Positions 10,411 to 15,779 of a stretch of DNA of 15,779 nucleotides are shown piece by piece. The position numbers and the translations under genes were made by a program. The notes below the pieces were generated by a model. The model ran no database searches. It was not told the origin of the DNA and was given only the letters and a program-made list of their open reading frames with translations. Within the stretch, counting starts at the first letter, position 1; every line of letters starts with the position of its first letter. The DNA comes from Polyangiaceae bacterium (GTDB lineage Bacteria; Myxococcota_A; Polyangia; Polyangiales; Polyangiaceae): NCBI GenBank assembly GCA_044222475.1, contig JBGANF010000163.1, forward strand, positions 1 through 15,779, given 5' to 3'.

Positions 10411-11316
10411 GTGATTAGGTCGCATCGCTCGGTCGAAGCCACACGCCTGCGCGCCTACCTCACGACGCACGCGCTCGTGCACCCGAAGCTGCGACTCCAC
10501 GCGGTGCGCAACGCGAACGTCGTCTCCGAGGACGCGCTCCTCTTGCGCGCGTTCCATCGCGCCGGTGCCGTCGGTCGCCCGGTCGTCACGATCGTCCTCG
10601 AGGGACACGGCACGGTGCGCGCGTACGGCCGCGAAGCATGCGTGACCGCCGGCGACCTCCTCGCGATGGATTTCAAGGGAGCCATCTCGATGCGCCAAGA
10701 GGGCGCGCGCTACGAGGCGCTCGCGTTCGAGTGGGAGCCCGAGCTGCTCGGCCCACGGCCGGGAGCTTTCCAGCAACGTCGGCTGAGCAGCGCCGAGCTC
10801 GCTCGGGCGCGGAGCCTGTGGAGCACGATCGTCGCCGGACACGGCACTCCAGAGGCGCTGACCGGCGAGCTGATCGCGGTGCTGCGTGCGACCGGCCTCG
10901 ACCTTCGCACCCCCGACGCGAGCGAGCTCGCGGATCCGGTGTCCGACAGCACGCGCAAGATGGCGCGCGCGCTCGATCTCGCGCTCTCGAATCTGGAGGG
11001 TCAGCCGATGACCGCCGACATCGAGAAGCTCCTCGGGCTCTCGGCGCGGCAAGTGAACCGATTGGTTGCAGCATACAACCTTCGCTACGGCTTCAACTCG
11101 GTCGGCTGGCGAGACACGCGAAACCGACGCCGCCTGATGATGGGAGCGACCTTCATGACCGCGCCGGGCGCGTCGGTCAGCGAGGTCGCGCGCTTCGTCG
11201 GCTACCGTTCTCCCACCGCGTTCGCGCGAGCCCTCGCCGACGCGGGGATGCCACCTCCGAGGGCGATCCCCGGGGTCGTCCGTGACCTCGCTGCACCGGA
11301 GCGGATGACGGCGTGA
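10411..11316 (+). CDS. AraC-family transcriptional regulator, paralogue 1 (301 aa)
   Basis: Cupin-like N-domain (VTIVLEGHG, AGDLL). First HTH LGLSARQVNR, second HTH SVSEVARFVGYRSPTAFARA. Confidence 0.88.
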   Translation: MIRSHRSVEATRLRAYLTTHALVHPKLRLHAVRNANVVSEDALLLRAFHRAGAVGRPVVTIVLEGHGTVRAYGREACVTAGDLLAMDFKGAISMRQEGARYEALAFEWEPELLGPRPGAFQQRRLSSAELARARSLWSTIVAGHGTPEALTGELIAVLRATGLDLRTPDASELADPVSDSTRKMARALDLALSNLEGQPMTADIEKLLGLSARQVNRLVAAYNLRYGFNSVGWRDTRNRRRLMMGATFMTAPGASVSEVARFVGYRSPTAFARALADAGMPPPRAIPGVVRDLAAPERMTA

Positions 11317-12182
11317 CGGCGGCGGCGGCTCTTCGACAGGTGATGGCGTTCCGGTGCACTCGCGCCCCCGCCGAGGTCATCGACTCTTCGCTGCGCCGGC
11401 CGGAGCTTCGGGTCCGCCGAACCACCTACCGAGGGATCGTCGTCGACGAGCGGCTCCTGACGCGCGGCTTCCCGAACGTCGCCGCTCGCGGTCGCGCCCA
11501 GGTGCTGGTCTCGCTCCGAGGATCGGCCGTCCTGCACGTGCCGGAGCGCGTCGTGATCGCGCCGGGAGAGGCTTGGCTGATCCCTCGGACGGCGATCGCG
11601 ACGGCGCGCTTCGAGGATGCCGAGCTCTTCGAGGTCGAGTGGGCCGGCGACGCCTCGGCGCGACGGCTCTCTCTCGACGCCGCCGAGCTCTGCGCCGCCG
11701 CCGAGGAGCTCGAGGGCGTCGGTCGCGACGGTTCGTCTCAACGCGCCTACTTCGGAGAGGTCATCGCGCTCGTCCAAGCGCTCGGGGTGGAGCTACCGCG
11801 AGCGCTCGGAACGCTCGAAGGCGGACCGACGGAGCGCGACCTCCGCCTCGCGGACGCGATCGCGGAGCAGCTCGCGAACCTGAAGCGCGAGGCGACTGCG
11901 CCTCACCTCGGCGACGATGCTGCGCTCTCGGCGCGGCAGCTCCAGCGCGTCTTCGAGGACTTCAACGCGCGGTATGGATTCAACGCGAAGAACTGGCGCG
12001 ACACACGCTCGCGTTGGCGTGTCCAGATCGCGGCCGTGCTGCTGAGCGTACGAGCACTCTCGATCGCGGAGATCGCCGACGAGGTCGGGTTCAGCAGCGC
12101 GACCGCGCTCGCTCGTGCGTTCGCGCGGTGGAAGCTCGACACGCCGAACGCGCTGAGGGCGAAGGTCTTGGCCGACCCGTGA
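11313..12182 (+). CDS. AraC-family transcriptional regulator, paralogue 2 (289 aa)
   Basis: GTGA overlap with the upstream stop. ALSARQLQR and SIAEIADEVGFSSATALARAF HTH motifs. Shares RYGFN...WRDTR with paralogue 1. Confidence 0.88.
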   Translation: MTAAAALRQVMAFRCTRAPAEVIDSSLRRPELRVRRTTYRGIVVDERLLTRGFPNVAARGRAQVLVSLRGSAVLHVPERVVIAPGEAWLIPRTAIATARFEDAELFEVEWAGDASARRLSLDAAELCAAAEELEGVGRDGSSQRAYFGEVIALVQALGVELPRALGTLEGGPTERDLRLADAIAEQLANLKREATAPHLGDDAALSARQLQRVFEDFNARYGFNAKNWRDTRSRWRVQIAAVLLSVRALSIAEIADEVGFSSATALARAFARWKLDTPNALRAKVLADP

Positions 12183-12196
12183 GACGTGCTAGGACG

Positions 12197-13495
12197 ATGG
12201 ACCGCATGCTCCGTCGCGTGCTCCTTCCGCTGCTCCTTGCGCTCGGCGCCTGCAAGAGCGATCCGGTCCAGACCCAGCCGCCGGACGAAGACGCCGGACC
12301 GACCGACACGCTCCCCACGACCGACACGAGCGCTTGCGCGCTCGCGGAGCCGCTCGACGTCGGCGGATTCTCGGCCGCGTACGCGCCGCCGAAGAGCGGG
12401 TCGATCCAAGAGGACAAAGCGTTCTTCCTCGCGACCCTCCTCGAGAGCGATCCGGCGCTGCTGACCGCGCTCGCCGGCGACCCGACGATCGAGGCGATCC
12501 GGAAGGATCGCGAGGCGCGGCTCCGCGGTGCGACGGCGAAGTGCGCGTCCACCGTGGCGTGCTACCGCACCGAGCTCGGCTTCACCGCCGAAGAGACGAA
12601 GGCCGTCGCCGACGCGCTCCCGGGCGCTCTCGCCGGCTCCCTCGCGGCGTTCGCGAGCGCCCAGCTCCGCCCATCGGGGAGGTTCATCGCTCACGCCGCC
12701 GACGCCGACGGTGCGCTGCTCGCGGCGGCATGGACCGACGCGGCGCGCGACCTCGACGCGACCTTCGATGCCTACGCGGCGTCACTCGACGGCGCCGCGC
12801 TGGCGACGCTCGTCGGTGGCGTGAGCGCCGCTCACCCCGAGGCTCTCCCCTTCTTCCGCCCGCTCGTCCTCGTCGATCTCGCCGCCCTCGCGGCGCAGAA
12901 GCGCGACGAGGCGATCCGCTACGAGCCCCTCGAAACCGGCGAGAACGCCGCCACATTGGCGACGCTCGGGGCCATCGACTGGAAGACGTACCCGTATGGG
13001 GTGATCCTCGTCCCGGGCCAAGGGCCCGAGTCGCTGGACGCACCGATCAGCTTCGGATCGAAGGCCAGGTCCGACCTCGCCGCGCGGCGGTGGCAAGCCA
13101 AGCTCGCGCCGCTGATCCTCGTCTCTGGCGGCCATGTACATCCCGATCGCACTCCCTACTCGGAGGCGATGGAGATGAAGAAGTACCTCGTGTCCCAAAA
13201 AGGGATTCCTGCGAACGCCATCTTGGTCGACCCTCACGCGCGCCACACGACGACGAACCTGCGAAACGCCGCGCGCCAGATCTTCCGCTACGGGATCCCA
13301 GCGGACCGGCCCGCGCTCGTGACGAGCGACAAGTTCCAGAGCCTGTACATCGCGTTCGCGCTCGACGAGCGGTGCAAGAACGAGCTCGGCTACACGCCCT
13401 ACCGGATCGTGAAGCCGGTCACCGAGACGGACTCTTGCTGGATGCCGAACCCGCTCTCCCTGCAGGGCGACGGGCGCGACGCGCTCGACCCGTGA
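12197..13495 (+). CDS. DUF218 (YdcF/SanA/ElyC family) lipoprotein (432 aa)
   Basis: Lipobox LGAC after LLPLLL. DUF218 motifs ILVPG, ILVSGG.VHP, SEA..MKKYL, GIP..AILVDPHARHTTTNLRNA, LVTSD. Alternative start at 12206. Confidence 0.88.
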   Translation: MDRMLRRVLLPLLLALGACKSDPVQTQPPDEDAGPTDTLPTTDTSACALAEPLDVGGFSAAYAPPKSGSIQEDKAFFLATLLESDPALLTALAGDPTIEAIRKDREARLRGATAKCASTVACYRTELGFTAEETKAVADALPGALAGSLAAFASAQLRPSGRFIAHAADADGALLAAAWTDAARDLDATFDAYAASLDGAALATLVGGVSAAHPEALPFFRPLVLVDLAALAAQKRDEAIRYEPLETGENAATLATLGAIDWKTYPYGVILVPGQGPESLDAPISFGSKARSDLAARRWQAKLAPLILVSGGHVHPDRTPYSEAMEMKKYLVSQKGIPANAILVDPHARHTTTNLRNAARQIFRYGIPADRPALVTSDKFQSLYIAFALDERCKNELGYTPYRIVKPVTETDSCWMPNPLSLQGDGRDALDP

Positions 13496-13498
13496 GAG

Positions 13499-14089
13499 TC
13501 ACTTCAGCTTGATGAACACTGCCAGGATGCCGTCGAGCCCCTTGGCGTACGGGCCGTTGCCTTGGCAGCTGTAGAACGAGTCCGTGTAGGTGACCGTCTC
13601 GTTCGGAGTGCGCACCGTGAGCGTCACCACCGACTTGTCGGCGCCGCACTGGCCGGGTGACACGACCGTGGCCACCTTGAGCGCCGCCTCCAGATCGGTG
13701 ACCTCCTGGGCGGTCAGCGTGCGGTCCTGCTTGATGAGCTTGTAAGGCTGGTTCGGCGTGGTGGAGAGGCAGATCTCCTCGTGGACCTTGTTGGTCTTCA
13801 GGTCCACGTCGTGAAGCTCGGCGCCCATCGCGCACTCGGAGCCCGGTGGTGGCTGGGGCACGAAGCCGCCGCCCTCGTCCTTGGCGACGAGGCCCGTGAG
13901 GCAGAACCCATAGAGCTGCGTGCCGGGCGTCTTCGCGGGGCACTCGAAGATCGGCGTCATGTCGAACGGCGCGTCGATCGGCGCGCTGTCCTGGCCGCCC
14001 GCGTCTCCGGCGTCGCCGGAGCTGGCGACCGAGCCGCCGCAGGCGGCGAGTGAGAGGAGTACCAAACTGGGATAGAGGAGAGTCTTCAT
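13499..14089 (-). CDS. Lipoprotein of unknown function, 6-Cys family paralogue B (196 aa)
   Basis: MKTLLYPSLVLLSLAAC-GG lipobox. Aligns with the upstream gene. Alternative GTG start at 14098 overlaps the upstream stop. Confidence 0.82.
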   Translation of the reverse strand: MKTLLYPSLVLLSLAACGGSVASSGDAGDAGGQDSAPIDAPFDMTPIFECPAKTPGTQLYGFCLTGLVAKDEGGGFVPQPPPGSECAMGAELHDVDLKTNKVHEEICLSTTPNQPYKLIKQDRTLTAQEVTDLEAALKVATVVSPGQCGADKSVVTLTVRTPNETVTYTDSFYSCQGNGPYAKGLDGILAVFIKLK

Positions 14090-14094
14090 TGCGG

Positions 14095-14670
14095 TCACTT
14101 TGCTTGGAGCGCGGCGGTGACGCCGTCGAGCCCGGTCACCGGAGTCCCGAGGCAGCCGCTGATCTTCGAGTCACCGTAGGTGACGTCTTTGCCCTTCGCC
14201 TTGACGACGAGCATGAGGGTCGGCCCGTCCGCGACGCAGCCGGCCGTGTCGACGACGACGACCGCTTTCAGCGCGGTCACGACTCCGGCGACGGCGCCCG
14301 GGGTCATGTTCGACGTCGTCTTCGTCTGCTTGTACGGCTGTTGGTTGCCCGGGTCGACGCACGTGGTGCGGTCGAGCTTGCCCGACACGAGATCGAGGAC
14401 GTAGACGTCGCCGACGACGTTGCACTCGGAGCCGGCGGGGATCGGCGGGCCGAACCCGCCTTGGGTCTTCGTGAGCGTGATGGCTTCGAAGCAGGGCCCG
14501 TAGATGCTCTTGCCGACCTCGGTGCTCGGGCACACGCCGCCGCCATCGCCGCCTCCGCCGCCATCCGTGGCGGCGTCGGTGGTTCCGCCATCGGTGTTGA
14601 TGGGACCCACCGTGCTGCCACCACAGCCAATGACGAACGCGAGGACGGCGAGGGGGAGAGGCGTCTTCAT
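14095..14670 (-). CDS. Lipoprotein of unknown function, 6-Cys family paralogue A (191 aa)
   Basis: MKTPLPLAVLAFVIGC-GG lipobox, DGG linker. Shares GGF.P..P.GSEC, QPYK, ALK, C.AD, VTY.DS and GLDG with the downstream gene. Confidence 0.82.
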   Translation of the reverse strand: MKTPLPLAVLAFVIGCGGSTVGPINTDGGTTDAATDGGGGGDGGGVCPSTEVGKSIYGPCFEAITLTKTQGGFGPPIPAGSECNVVGDVYVLDLVSGKLDRTTCVDPGNQQPYKQTKTTSNMTPGAVAGVVTALKAVVVVDTAGCVADGPTLMLVVKAKGKDVTYGDSKISGCLGTPVTGLDGVTAALQAK

Positions 14671-14682
14671 GGCCTTCCCTAC

Positions 14683-14698
14683 TTCAATCTTCGGGCCA
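14683..14698 (-). promoter_or_regulatory. Possible sigma54-like promoter (variant -12)
   Basis: - strand TGGCCCGAAGATTGAA: good -24 (TGGCcCG) and TTG at the right spacing, but GA replaces GC at -12. Confidence 0.35.
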
Positions 14699-14770
14699 AC
14701 GCGATCGGGCCGAAAACCAGCCGATCCGAGCGATTTTCGAGGGGAAGGAGCGGATCTCCCAGACGCCCCT

Positions 14771-14790
14771 GGCACACGCTGACACACCCT
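14771..14790. repeat. 10-bp imperfect tandem direct repeat in intergenic DNA
   Basis: ggcacacgct / gacacaccct, 8/10 identical. Confidence 0.5.
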
Positions 14791-14794
14791 CGGA

Positions 14795-15778
14795 TCAGAG
14801 GCCCTTGAGCTCTTCGCACTTGGGGTCGAGCTTCCGCGCCTCGTCGACGTGGGGCTTCGCGTCGGCGTTCTTGCCCTGCGCGATGAGGACCTTCGCGAGC
14901 ATCGCGTGGATCGTCGCGGCGTCTTTCTGGGCCGGCTTGCAGAGCAACGCCGACTCGAGCTCGAACTGGGCTCGTGGGAAGTCCTTCGTCTCGAACAGGG
15001 CCTTGCCGTAGAGCTGGTGGATGTCGGACGAGTGGACGTCGACGAAGATCGCGCTCTCGCCGACCTTCACCGCTTCGGCCCACTGCTTCTGATCGACGAG
15101 GAGCCCGAGGAAGAGCGTCCACATGTCCTGATCGTGCTGCTCGAGCTGGGTGTAGCGACGAAGCAGCGCGATCTGATCGGCGTCGCGGTTGTCCTCGACG
15201 GCGAACTTGATGAGCGCCTTCAGCGGCTCGGGTTGGGTCGGGTCGAAGCGGTACGCCGCCTCGATTTGGGTCTTCATCCCCGCTTTGTCCTTCTTCGCGT
15301 TGGCGAGAACAGCGAGCTGCATGCGAACCCAGAATCCGTCGCCTCGGGCTTGCAGGTTCGCGAGGGCGCGCTCGGCGGCGGGCATGTCTTGCTGGGACTT
15401 CGCGAAGCGGAACGCCCAGTAGTTCGCGCGCGGGTGCTTCGGGTCGAGCTTGAGCGCGGCCTCGATCTCGGCGAGGCCTTCCTTCTTCTTTCCTTCGTCG
15501 ACGTAGGACGCCGCGAGGTCGATGTGGGCATCGACGTCGTTCGGGTTCTTCTTCACGAGGTCGAGCGCGACGTCGAGATCCTTCGGGGGTCGCTCGGCGG
15601 GGATGAACTGCCCCTTGTAGCGCTCGAGGCGGCCGTTCGCCCACGCCCGGAACCCTTTGTCGTAGTCGGCGGCGCTCACGCCGAACGCTTGCTGGATGAC
15701 CTCGGCGGTCTTCTTCCCGTCGCCCCAGAGCTTCAGCGCGGCGACGACCTTGTTCATGCCGAACGTGGTCACGGTGTA
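14795..15778 (-). CDS. TPR-repeat protein, 5'-partial (N-terminal part possibly the end of a peptidase MA-like domain)
   Basis: Frame is open to the window end. TPR-like units (PNDVDAHIDLA..Y..EG, AALKLDPKHPRA, YGKALFE.KDF..A..ELE.AL, ARKLDP). FG...VV.AL..WG.G......I..AFG.S....D..F resembles a peptidase-MA C-terminus (from memory). Confidence 0.85.
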   Translation of the reverse strand, partial: YTVTTFGMNKVVAALKLWGDGKKTAEVIQQAFGVSAADYDKGFRAWANGRLERYKGQFIPAERPPKDLDVALDLVKKNPNDVDAHIDLAASYVDEGKKKEGLAEIEAALKLDPKHPRANYWAFRFAKSQQDMPAAERALANLQARGDGFWVRMQLAVLANAKKDKAGMKTQIEAAYRFDPTQPEPLKALIKFAVEDNRDADQIALLRRYTQLEQHDQDMWTLFLGLLVDQKQWAEAVKVGESAIFVDVHSSDIHQLYGKALFETKDFPRAQFELESALLCKPAQKDAATIHAMLAKVLIAQGKNADAKPHVDEARKLDPKCEELKGL

Positions 15779-15779
15779 G

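Noticed and set aside
11354..12196. N-terminal extension of the DUF218 ORF (713 aa), suggesting a fusion
   Set aside because: Off-frame shadow of AraC-2; the signal peptide begins at 12197/12206.

Overview
High-GC, gene-dense window whose content (Hanks-type Ser/Thr kinase, many Cys-rich lipoproteins with Asp-Ala-Gly linkers, a Tat-signal DUF1501-like protein) looks like Myxococcota, probably Polyangiaceae (inference). It holds 17 CDS: a 5'-partial SAM methyltransferase, an apparently 3'-truncated Tat protein, an outer-membrane beta-barrel coupled to a membrane Ser/Thr kinase, a stand-alone HD protein resembling a CCA-adding enzyme without its catalytic head, three tandem lipoproteins with an identical 16-Cys scaffold, two related 'CLLPxLD' beta-sandwich lipoproteins, adenosine deaminase divergent from two coupled AraC paralogues, a DUF218 lipoprotein, a tandem pair of 6-Cys lipoproteins and a 5'-partial TPR protein. 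No rRNA, tRNA, CRISPR or mobile element was recognised. Non-coding signals include extended -10 leaderless promoter candidates (one overlapping and bidirectional between add and the AraC gene, with a perfect 16-bp palindrome over the add start), two sigma54-like promoters sharing an 11-mer, and a 22-nt AT-rich motif repeated inside two unrelated genes.
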